Source: a bacterium
Lineage (GTDB): Bacteria > UBA6262 > WVXT01
Reading direction: 5' to 3'
Assembly: GCA_046759165.1 (NCBI GenBank)
Contig: JBHIBS010000036.1
Location: forward strand, 1 to 14,864
DNA length: 14,864 nt
Shown: positions 7,183 to 14,864 of the stretch, in pieces
Position numbering within the stretch: position 1 is the first letter of the stretch
Layout: every line of letters begins with the position of its first letter
The notes under the pieces: model-generated
The model's input: the letters and a program-made list of their open reading frames with translations, nothing else
Told to the model about the DNA's origin: nothing
The model's database searches: none
Position numbers and translations under genes: made by a program

Positions 7183-8310
7183 ATGTATCTAGTTGTTAAC
7201 GCAGGCAATCATTCTAGAAAATTCTGTCCAGTGAAAGTGCAGATGAGAGGATTTGAAGAAGGAGCTAAGAGAGCAAGATTAACTGATCTTGATACGGGAA
7301 ATTCTCTTCCTTGCCAGGTTGAGTCTAGTGGAGGAGGATCAATTTTGACTTTGATAATTGAGAAGATGAAAAAGGGACAGGAAAAACGATTCGAACTCCG
7401 AGCTACTGAAGAGAAAAAATCGGAAGTAGAATTACAAGAAGTTACTGGAGAAAGAATAGAAGTAAGAATAAAAGGCGATCTCTTTACTTCCTACTGGTTC
7501 GGAAAAGAGTTAAATCGTCCTTATCTGAATCCCCTAATTGCTTACAATGGAGCTTCGATGGTGAGGAAGTGTGGAGCTGAGGGAGAAACGAGCGATCATC
7601 CCTGGCACCCAGGGATCTGGACTGCTCATGGCGACATTAATGGAGTAAATTGTTGGGAGGAGAAGGGAGAATACGGCAGAATAGTTCATCAAGCTTTTGA
7701 AAAGTTAATCCCGGGGAGTGCATATGCTCGGATTAAAGCTAAAAACTATTGGGTGAACTATCAGGGTGTTAAACTTCTGGAAGAAGAAAGGGATATAATA
7801 GTCTATAATCTTCCCAAAGAAGGGAGAATAATTGATTTTAAAATTAAATTTACTGCAAGCGAAGGGAAGATAGTCTTTGGAGATACTAAAGAAGGGGGGA
7901 TATTGGCGGTCCGGGTAACTACTTCCATGATAGCAGAGAAGGAAGGCAAAATTGAGAATTCTTACGGAGCTATAGGAGAGGAAGAAAGCTGGGGCAGAAG
8001 AGCTCATTGGTGTGACTATTCAGGCCCAGTGAAAGGATGCTGGAGCGGAATTTCTATCTTCGATTATCCAGACAATCTTAGTTATCCAACTCATTGGCAT
8101 GTAAGAAATTATGGTCTTATGGCTGCTAACCACTTTGGAATATCCAGCTTTAGGAACGATTCTAGTCTAAATGGCAGCTTTACTCTACCCGCAGGAAAGA
8201 AATTGGCATACTCTTATCGACTCTATCTTCACGAAGGGGATGCTCAAGGAGGAAAAGTAAGGGATAGATATCATGATTATGTCAATCCCCCAAAAGTTCG
8301 AATTGAATAG
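7183..8310 (+). CDS. DUF6807 / 'PmoA family' (PF14100-like) protein with an extra N-terminal domain
   Basis: RPYLNPL, DHPWH.GIW.AHGD.NG, FGDTKEGG.LAVRV, WG.RA.WCDYSG and N..YPT.WHVR.YGL.AAN.FG are the hallmark motifs of this family as I recall them. Confidence 0.8.
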   Translation: MYLVVNAGNHSRKFCPVKVQMRGFEEGAKRARLTDLDTGNSLPCQVESSGGGSILTLIIEKMKKGQEKRFELRATEEKKSEVELQEVTGERIEVRIKGDLFTSYWFGKELNRPYLNPLIAYNGASMVRKCGAEGETSDHPWHPGIWTAHGDINGVNCWEEKGEYGRIVHQAFEKLIPGSAYARIKAKNYWVNYQGVKLLEEERDIIVYNLPKEGRIIDFKIKFTASEGKIVFGDTKEGGILAVRVTTSMIAEKEGKIENSYGAIGEEESWGRRAHWCDYSGPVKGCWSGISIFDYPDNLSYPTHWHVRNYGLMAANHFGISSFRNDSSLNGSFTLPAGKKLAYSYRLYLHEGDAQGGKVRDRYHDYVNPPKVRIE

Positions 8311-8385
8311 GTAGTTTATACAGTCAAATGGACCTTTTTTTAGTTATATTTTGTCTCGGAATTCCTCATATAAAGCTAGGAGGAG

Positions 8386-9405
8386 ATGATGGAAAAAGAA
8401 GTCAGCTTTGGGATTATAGGTTGTGGTGTTGTGGCAAAAGACCATGCCGAAGCAATAACAAACACAGAAGAAGCTAAACTAATTGCAGTTGTTGATATAG
8501 ATGAAAAAAAGGGGAAAGAATTTGCCAAAAAATACCAAACAAATTTTTATAGGGATTACCGTGATCTTCTAGCTCTCAAAGAAATAGAGGCAGTAGACGT
8601 CTGCACTCCCAGTTATCTGCACGCTCCTATAAGTATTGACACCGCTAAAGCGGGAAAGCACGTGTTTGTGGAAAAACCTATAGCAATTAACTTAAAACAG
8701 GCGGATGAGTTAATTGTTGCTTGTCGTCAGGCTAAAGTAAAATTAGCTGTAGTATTTCAAACGCGATTTTCCGAGAGTTTGCAAAAGGTAAAGCGACTCT
8801 TCAAAGAACGAAAGATGGGTAGGATGATTTTAGCTGATTTCTCAATCAAGACCTATCGAAGTGAACAGTATTATCAAAGTTGGCACAAAAAGATAGAGTT
8901 CGAGGGGGGAGGTTTAATGATTCAACAGGGGATTCATGGAATAGATCGCCTTCAGTGGTTAATGGGCGAGGTGGACTCAGTTTTTGCTTTCAAGGATACC
9001 ATTATCCACAACATTGAAGGAGAAGATATAATAGTAGCTACGGTTAAATTTCGTAATGGCGCCTTAGGAAGTATTGAGGGATCAACCTCTATTCATTGTG
9101 AGCGGCCTGATCCACTTTATACTGAAAGCATGGGACTTTACGGAGAGAATGGATCTATTAACCTCATGGAAACCAAAATAGTAGAATGGAATCTTAGAGA
9201 GAATCAAGAACCAGAATCTTTAGAAGTACCTGTAGAACTAACTCAGGGACGGTTGTCCCAAGTCAAAGATTTCATCGGCGCTATTAGAGGAGATAAAGAA
9301 CCATTAGTCAACGGTGAGGAAGCGAGAAAAAGCCTTGAAATAGTAATAGCTTTGTATAAATCAGCTAAAGAAGGAAGATTGGTGAAACTACCGTTATCTC
9401 AATAG
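8386..9405 (+). CDS. Gfo/Idh/MocA family NAD(P)-dependent oxidoreductase
   Basis: GIIGCG, AGKHVFVEKP, GGGLMIQQGIHGID; SD AGGAG upstream. Confidence 0.95.
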   Translation: MMEKEVSFGIIGCGVVAKDHAEAITNTEEAKLIAVVDIDEKKGKEFAKKYQTNFYRDYRDLLALKEIEAVDVCTPSYLHAPISIDTAKAGKHVFVEKPIAINLKQADELIVACRQAKVKLAVVFQTRFSESLQKVKRLFKERKMGRMILADFSIKTYRSEQYYQSWHKKIEFEGGGLMIQQGIHGIDRLQWLMGEVDSVFAFKDTIIHNIEGEDIIVATVKFRNGALGSIEGSTSIHCERPDPLYTESMGLYGENGSINLMETKIVEWNLRENQEPESLEVPVELTQGRLSQVKDFIGAIRGDKEPLVNGEEARKSLEIVIALYKSAKEGRLVKLPLSQ

Positions 9406-9418
9406 TTTTTTCTCTAAT

Positions 9419-9437
9419 GGGTGCACTCCGTGCACTT
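9419..9437 (+). other. Small intergenic hairpin made of tandem GTGCAC palindromes
   Basis: GGGTGCAC-TCC-GTGCACTT. Confidence 0.4.
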
Positions 9438-9454
9438 CAGCAAAAAGGAGTAAT

Positions 9455-10192
9455 ATGAAATTAAAAGAAAAGATTGCACTAGTAACGGGATCGACGAAAG
9501 GTATAGGAAAGGCGATTGCCTTTGAACTGGCAAGAGAAGGAGCAAATATTGTAATCAATAGTCGAAACCAAAGTGAAGCTGAACAAGTAGCACACGGGAT
9601 CCATGATAAAATGGGGGTAAAAACACTAGCCCTAAGGGCCGATGTTAGTAGTATCGAAGAAGTTAAAACATTGGTGAAAAAGACGGTGGATTACTTTGGA
9701 AGAATCGATATTCTGGTTAATAATGCAGGAGTGTTTGAGATTTGTCCTTTTCTTCAAATATCCGAGGATACCTGGGATAAAGTAATTGGTATTAACTTGA
9801 AAGGGACATTTCTTTGTTCGAAATTAGCTCTGCCGATTATGCTAAAGCAGAAAAGCGGGGTAATTGTAAATATGAGCTCAATGGCAGCAAAAACAGGGGG
9901 CATACTTCCTGTAGCTCACTATGCGGCCTCAAAGGCTGGAATTATAGCGCTGACTAAGGCCTTAGCCAGAGAATTTGCTCCTTATGGCATAAGGGTTAAT
10001 GCTGTGGCCCCTGGTGTTATTAAAACCAAGATGGCAGAATCTCAAGCAGAGGAAAAAAGAAAAATAATCCCTCTGGGAGATTTAGGTGAACCAGAAGATG
10101 TAGCCAAAGCAGTCTCCTTCTTAGTTTCTGATGATGCCTGTTATATTACCGGAGAGGTAATAGATGTTAATGGTGGGTTAGTAATGGATTAA
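9455..10192 (+). CDS. Classical short-chain dehydrogenase/reductase (FabG-like)
   Basis: TGSTKGIG, LVNNAG, YAASK, VNAVAPG, YITGEVIDVNGG; SD AAGGAG. Confidence 0.95.
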   Translation: MKLKEKIALVTGSTKGIGKAIAFELAREGANIVINSRNQSEAEQVAHGIHDKMGVKTLALRADVSSIEEVKTLVKKTVDYFGRIDILVNNAGVFEICPFLQISEDTWDKVIGINLKGTFLCSKLALPIMLKQKSGVIVNMSSMAAKTGGILPVAHYAASKAGIIALTKALAREFAPYGIRVNAVAPGVIKTKMAESQAEEKRKIIPLGDLGEPEDVAKAVSFLVSDDACYITGEVIDVNGGLVMD

Positions 10193-10216
10193 TTTACTTA
10201 AAAGGAAAAGAAGAAA

Positions 10217-11248
10217 ATGAAGGCCATTGTGAAAAATAAAAAAGAAGAAGGTTTTGATTACCAGGAAGTAGAAATTCCTGAGATGGGGTCAAGAGATATT
10301 CTAGTAAGAGTAAAAGCAGCAGGAATATGCGGCTCTGACTTAAATTTTTATGAGTGGAATTCTTGGTGCGAAGGGGTAGTAAAAAGGATTCCCTTTATTC
10401 CTGGTCATGAGTGTTCCGGTGAAGTAGTAAAGGTGGGTAGCCAGGTTAAATTATTTAGAGAGAAAGATAGAGTTAGTGTGGAAACGCATCTTCCCTGTGG
10501 CAGGTGTTTTCAATGTCGAAGCGGACAGCCTCATATCTGTCAAAATATGGAGTTATTCGGACATACCTTTAATGGTTGCTTTGCTGAATACTGTAGTCTA
10601 CCGGAGGCCATAGTTGAGAAAATACCTGATGAGCTATCCTGGGAATATGCCGCCTTGCTTGAGCCGATAGGCATACCTTTAAGGGCTGTCCGGGAAGCAC
10701 AGGTAGGGGGTGATTCGGTAGCTGTGATAGGTTGCGGCCCTATTGGGCAATTCGCCATAGGTGCATCTCTTGCCATGGGAGCTTCTCAAATTTTTGGCCT
10801 GGATGTTGACGAGAAAAGGCTAACTATAGCAAAACAGATGGGGGCAATACACCTACTCAATCCAGCCAAGGAATCGGTGATTAAAATAATAATGGATTTA
10901 ACCCACCAGAATGGAGTGGGTGTAATTATTGAAGCTTCAGGTGATTCCAAAGCTCTTTCCAATGGTTTTAAGTATTTAAGAAAAGGGGGAAAGGTTTTTG
11001 TGATCGGCAATATTAAGGAGCCATTGATATTGGACGGAATATCAGATATTGTTAATAAAGAGGCGACAATTAGAGGCTTACATGGAAGAGAGCTCTTTAA
11101 GACTTGGCGGTTGGCAGAGTCTCTTCTTCTCTCAGGTAAACTAAGAATAGATCCTGTAATAACTCACAAGTTCGCCTTAAAGGAGTTTAATAAAGGTTTT
11201 CAGTTGGCTATAAATGGGAAAGCCTGTAAGGTTCTCCTTTTTCCCTAA
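10217..11248 (+). CDS. Zn-dependent medium-chain dehydrogenase, L-threonine 3-dehydrogenase-like
   Basis: GICGSD, GHECSG, structural-Zn motif CGRCFQC...HIC, VSVETH, GCGPIG and GLHGRELFKTW. Confidence 0.85.
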   Translation: MKAIVKNKKEEGFDYQEVEIPEMGSRDILVRVKAAGICGSDLNFYEWNSWCEGVVKRIPFIPGHECSGEVVKVGSQVKLFREKDRVSVETHLPCGRCFQCRSGQPHICQNMELFGHTFNGCFAEYCSLPEAIVEKIPDELSWEYAALLEPIGIPLRAVREAQVGGDSVAVIGCGPIGQFAIGASLAMGASQIFGLDVDEKRLTIAKQMGAIHLLNPAKESVIKIIMDLTHQNGVGVIIEASGDSKALSNGFKYLRKGGKVFVIGNIKEPLILDGISDIVNKEATIRGLHGRELFKTWRLAESLLLSGKLRIDPVITHKFALKEFNKGFQLAINGKACKVLLFP

Positions 11249-11283
11249 AAGGTTAAGGATTATAGATGGCTTAACGCGTGGCG

Positions 11284-11311
11284 TTGACTTTTCCACAAAA
11301 TCCTTTATAAT
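11284..11311 (+). promoter_or_regulatory. Sigma70 promoter for ABC cluster 2
   Basis: TTGACT (11284-11289), 16-nt spacer, perfect TATAAT (11306-11311). Confidence 0.75.
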
Positions 11312-11315
11312 TCAG

Positions 11316-11330
11316 TTGTTGATTGAACAA
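11316..11330. promoter_or_regulatory. Candidate repressor operator overlapping the predicted transcription start
   Basis: Inverted repeat TTGTT-N5-AACAA immediately downstream of the -10 box. Confidence 0.45.
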
Positions 11331-11513
11331 ACAAAATCAGGACCGAGCTGGAATAAAAGGCCGGGAGGGAGGTGAAAAAGCAATAGGGTAAATCCAGCTT
11401 AAGCCAAAAAACATCCAGATGTTAGGTGATCACTTTTTCCCGAAAGTTCACTTGAAAAATGGAAGCATCTGGGGGTAGTGAGTTAAGACCAAAAATAAAA
11501 GGGAGGTAAAAGG

Positions 11514-12806
11514 ATGAAATACCTAAAAACCTTATTAATCGTCCTGGGTTTCACCTTGCTGGTGTCGACTTCAGCAATAGCTAAGGTTACCATTACATTA
11601 TGGTATCCTGCGGGTGCAATTACTCCTGCCGCTGCCCTGTTTGCCGACAAAACCCTGTTTGCTGATTTTGAAGCTAAAAACAACGTTAAGGTAGATCTCA
11701 TCGCGGGAAACTATGAGACCATGCAGCAAAAAATCTTTACTGCCATGGCAGCAGGAGCAGGAAGAGTTCCCGACATTCTGTTTGTCGACAGATCCTGGGT
11801 TCCTGGCCTTCTGAAGGAGGATGCCTTGGAGCCAGTTCCTGAGGCGGGTGCCAAGCAGTGGCTTGCAGCAGTAGCTCCAGAGATCGTAGAACTTTCTGAC
11901 TATGGTAATGGTCGGATGTGGGGATATCCTCAATATGGAATTGACGTCTACGCCATTACCTGGAATAAGGACTATTTTGCTGAAGCAGGGTTCGATCCAG
12001 AAAGAGCTCCCAAGACGTGGGCGGAATTCCTGTATTACAGTTTAAAAACCTATAAGAAGGATGCAGCGGGGAACCTCACCAGAGTCGGATATGCCATCCG
12101 CCATTTGGGGCACCCTCATGGCGTGGTTCATAAGTTTCTATGGGCTCTTTGGGGGGGCGGGGCAGATCTAATTACTGATCCGAAAGCATTAAAGGGTGGT
12201 AAGGTGTTGTTTAACAACGAAGGGGGCAAGGCTGCTCTCAAACTCGTTTATGACATGATTTATGTGGACAAGTCTACCAGTCTCAACTTTCCAGACCCAC
12301 GAGCAGCTCTTTTACAGGGAATAGCGGCGATGCAGATCAGTGAGACCATCAGTATTGAAGTCCGACAACCGAAGGAAGCTCCTAATTTAAGGTGGGGTGT
12401 AGATATACCTCCGGTAAGATACGTCGGATATGAGCCCGCCACTAACTTAAACAGTTGGTTTTATTCAGTGCCAACACTGAGCGTGAACAAAGAGTTAGCA
12501 TGGAAAGCCATCGAATGGATTAATAGCGTCCAAAAGGATTACGAATTGTCCGTAAAATTCAAAGGTACTCCCCGGTATAAGGAGAACTGGGCGAAACCTC
12601 CTTTTACCACTGATCCCGTTGCAGTTGCTTTACGGAAGATGCTTCCCTACGGTCGGGCTTATCCCAACAATCTGGGTTTAGATGGTATTATGGAAGCTCT
12701 TGGTGCGGCAATTCAAAAGGTATGGCATGATGAAGCTGAGATTGGACCAGCCTTAGCAGAAGCAGAGGAATTAGCCAACAAAGCTATTCGAGATGCGGCA
12801 AAGTAA
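11514..12806 (+). CDS. Carbohydrate ABC transporter solute-binding protein (CUT1, SBP family 1)
   Basis: 430 aa; signal peptide ending AIA; VPDI, WNKDYFAEAGFDPE.APKTW.EF and NKELAWK.IEW; SD GGGAGGT. Confidence 0.95.
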   Translation: MKYLKTLLIVLGFTLLVSTSAIAKVTITLWYPAGAITPAAALFADKTLFADFEAKNNVKVDLIAGNYETMQQKIFTAMAAGAGRVPDILFVDRSWVPGLLKEDALEPVPEAGAKQWLAAVAPEIVELSDYGNGRMWGYPQYGIDVYAITWNKDYFAEAGFDPERAPKTWAEFLYYSLKTYKKDAAGNLTRVGYAIRHLGHPHGVVHKFLWALWGGGADLITDPKALKGGKVLFNNEGGKAALKLVYDMIYVDKSTSLNFPDPRAALLQGIAAMQISETISIEVRQPKEAPNLRWGVDIPPVRYVGYEPATNLNSWFYSVPTLSVNKELAWKAIEWINSVQKDYELSVKFKGTPRYKENWAKPPFTTDPVAVALRKMLPYGRAYPNNLGLDGIMEALGAAIQKVWHDEAEIGPALAEAEELANKAIRDAAK

Positions 12807-12819
12807 CTCTTTTTCATGC

Positions 12820-12853
12820 GCCTGCCCCTTATCGAGAGGGGCAGGCATTTTTT
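12820..12853 (+). terminator. Intrinsic-terminator-like hairpin between the SBP and permease genes
   Basis: GCCTGCCCCT (12820-12829) pairs perfectly with AGGGGCAGGC (12837-12846), followed by ATTTTTT. Confidence 0.75.
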
Positions 12854-12870
12854 ATTGATTGGAGAGCCTA

Positions 12871-13791
12871 ATGTCTACCAGCCTCACTTTTTCTTTCTTT
12901 AAACGTTGGTTCTCGGTTAGTTATCGAAGGAAGTATTTCCATGCCTATCTTTTTATTGCACCTATTATTATCCTATTTGGAATATTCAGGATTTATCCTG
13001 CCATTCAAACCTTAACCTACTCCTTTTTTAACGTAGAACTATTAAGGCATAGATTTACCTTCATCGGGATGGAGAATTTTTTCTCTCTTTTGGAGGATAA
13101 AATTTTTTTGAAAGCGACTCTCAATACGCTGATATATGTAGGGTACATTGTTCCAATTTCAGCCGGAATAGGCATGATTCTAGCAGTTATTCTAAATGCA
13201 AAATTCCGCCTTAGACAGTTTTTCAAAGGGGTCTATTTTTCCCCTTTTATAACCAGTACTGTAGCTGCCGCCATGGTCTGGTGGTGGCTTTATAATCCAC
13301 AATTCGGACTTTTCAACAACATTCTAAGGCTTCTACATCTTCCTCCCCAGTCTTGGTTGATGTCCAGCCGTCAGGCATTGATGTCGATCATTATCTTCAG
13401 TATCTGGAAAACCTTGGGGTACAATATGATTATTTACATTGCAGGACTACAAGCAATTCCTGAACAGTATTATGAGGCAGCTAAAATTGATGGGGCCAAC
13501 AACTTAGTGCAATTCTTTAAAATTACAATACCTTTACTTACTCCAACAACCACATTTATTTTGATATACAATACCATCTTTGCCTTTCAGGTATTTGATC
13601 AAGTATTTGTTTTGACCGGCGGTGGCCCTGCTTACTCCACCACAGTGGTGGTATTAGAGTTGTATCAGCAAGCCTTTTTGAAACATAGATTCGGATATGC
13701 TTCTGCCATGGCTGCGGTTCTTTTTATGATCATTTTAGGAATTACCATTATCCAATATACCATCAGTAAAAAAAGAGAAATTGTTTACTGA
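12871..13791 (+). CDS. Carbohydrate ABC transporter permease (MalF/UgpA type)
   Basis: AYLFIAP, EAA loop YYEAAKIDGA, LTGGGP, FGYASA. ATG 12871 is preferred over TTG 12859 because GGAG (12861-12864) lies 6 nt upstream. Confidence 0.95.
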   Translation: MSTSLTFSFFKRWFSVSYRRKYFHAYLFIAPIIILFGIFRIYPAIQTLTYSFFNVELLRHRFTFIGMENFFSLLEDKIFLKATLNTLIYVGYIVPISAGIGMILAVILNAKFRLRQFFKGVYFSPFITSTVAAAMVWWWLYNPQFGLFNNILRLLHLPPQSWLMSSRQALMSIIIFSIWKTLGYNMIIYIAGLQAIPEQYYEAAKIDGANNLVQFFKITIPLLTPTTTFILIYNTIFAFQVFDQVFVLTGGGPAYSTTVVVLELYQQAFLKHRFGYASAMAAVLFMIILGITIIQYTISKKREIVY

Positions 13792-13819
13792 AAGGTAGGG
13801 CCATTTTGAGGAGAGAATA

Positions 13820-14668
13820 GTGAAGGTCTTACAATCTAAGAAATATGCAATATTTACTGGAAAAGTGGGTCTTTACGTTGTGGTTTCAGCTGTGGCGGTA
13901 ATTATGATAGCCCCTTTTTACTGGATGTTTGTTACATCTGTTAGCCCAGTCCAGGATATTGTCTCTTTCCCTCCTAAATGGCTCCCCAGTTATCTAGTCT
14001 TTGGGCACTTTGTAGAAGTTCTTAATAAAGCCCCTTTCCACTTTTATTACATGAATAGCCTGACGGTGGCGGTGGTCTCTGCTGGGTGTTCGTTATTCTT
14101 CGGTTTATTTGCCGGTTATGCCTTTGCTGTTTATAGGTTTCCCTTACAAAACTTCTTTTTCATTTTAATCCTGAGTACCATTATGGTTCCTTTTCAGGTT
14201 ACCCTGGTTGCCCTGTATATTCTGGTGGCAAAAATAGGATGGGTTGATACCTTGTGGGGAATTTTGGCCCCTAATTTCGCCAGTGCCTTGGGAGTATTTT
14301 TGGTAAGACAAAGCATAAAATCTATCCCCCCCGACCTCATAGAAGCGGCTAGACTAGATGGAGCCGGTGAAATAAGAATAGTTTTAACCATTGTGGCACC
14401 TTTAATTAAGGCAACCCTGGCAACTGTGGGGATGATTCTATTCTTGAATAGCTGGAACGACTTTTTGTGGCCGGTGATTGTCATTAACTCTAGAAATCTG
14501 CGGACCGTCCCGGTAGGTATTGCCTTGTTCAAGGATCCCTACGGGAGTATGAATTATGGTCCCCTCATGGCCGCTACAGTGATATCTATCGCGCCCATGT
14601 TAATCGCCTATATCTTTTCTCAAAAGTTTATAGTAAAAGGGATTGCTGTAACTGGATTAAAGGGTTAA
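13820..14668 (+). CDS. Carbohydrate ABC transporter permease (MalG/UgpE type)
   Basis: AGYAFA, EAA loop LIEAARLDGA, WNDFLWP; GTG start with GAGGAG upstream. Confidence 0.95.
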   Translation: MKVLQSKKYAIFTGKVGLYVVVSAVAVIMIAPFYWMFVTSVSPVQDIVSFPPKWLPSYLVFGHFVEVLNKAPFHFYYMNSLTVAVVSAGCSLFFGLFAGYAFAVYRFPLQNFFFILILSTIMVPFQVTLVALYILVAKIGWVDTLWGILAPNFASALGVFLVRQSIKSIPPDLIEAARLDGAGEIRIVLTIVAPLIKATLATVGMILFLNSWNDFLWPVIVINSRNLRTVPVGIALFKDPYGSMNYGPLMAATVISIAPMLIAYIFSQKFIVKGIAVTGLKG

Positions 14669-14696
14669 ATATCATGAGAAATAAAGAAGTAGAAGA

Positions 14697-14864
14697 TTGG
14701 ATCTAAAGATTCGAGAGAAGTTGGAGAAAGGATATGTTTCTATTATTGAGGGAAAAGAAGGGATCAAGCTGATTCACCTGGGAATTCTAAGGCTAAAAAA
14801 AGGGGAAAGATTTGATGGACCCGCACTTAATGATCGAGAAACTGCTCTAGTAATCCTGAGTGGT
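14697..14864 (+). CDS. iolB: 5' part of an IolB/KduI-family (5-deoxy-glucuronate isomerase-like) cupin; runs off the window
   Basis: From TTG 14697: MDLKIREKLEKGYVSIIEGKEGIKLIHLGILRLKKGERFDGPALNDRETALVILSG. It matches the IolB N-terminal pattern L.L..GE.......RE...V.LSG. Only 56 codons are visible. Confidence 0.65.
   Translation, partial: MDLKIREKLEKGYVSIIEGKEGIKLIHLGILRLKKGERFDGPALNDRETALVILSG

Noticed and set aside
7183-8310. Methane monooxygenase function implied by the family name
   Set aside because: No transmembrane helices and no pmoB/pmoC neighbours.
9455-10192. Assigning the symbol fabG
   Set aside because: No fatty-acid synthesis genes nearby; generic SDR motifs do not establish the substrate.
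1549-14532. Remaining short nested or antisense ORFs in the track
   Set aside because: All lie largely within confident genes and show no family motifs; they are shadow ORFs.
1153-14668. Absence of an ABC ATPase gene as a novelty
   Set aside because: CUT1 clusters commonly share an MsmK/MsiK-type ATPase encoded elsewhere.
1-14864. CRISPR array, tRNA/rRNA genes, intact mobile elements or defence genes
   Set aside because: No regularly spaced repeats, cloverleaf or rRNA signatures, terminal inverted repeats, or intact transposase/integrase ORFs were seen.

Overview
AT-rich bacterial window in which every convincing gene is on the + strand. It is a carbohydrate uptake and catabolism region. 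Order: the 3' end of a GntR/FadR regulator; a short mosaic of gene remnants (an ABC-permease C-terminus and a GT2-like C-terminus); CUT1 ABC cluster 1 (solute-binding protein, alpha/beta hydrolase, two permeases); a metal-dependent amidohydrolase; a DUF6807/'PmoA'-family protein; a Gfo/Idh/MocA oxidoreductase; an SDR; a Tdh-like Zn dehydrogenase; then, behind its own sigma70 promoter, CUT1 ABC cluster 2 (SBP and two permeases) and the 5' end of an IolB/KduI-like isomerase that the ORF track missed. The most unusual signals are non-coding. A collinear, degenerate ~120-nt element occurs in two leaders (954-1073 and 6991-7106); both copies encode an MSCQK-xxx-stop micro-ORF and can form the same pair of alternative hairpins. 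Both SBP leaders also carry an orphan GGAGGTG site inside a ~40-nt loop closed by a short stem. All protein calls come from motifs recognised by eye; no searches or folding calculations were run.
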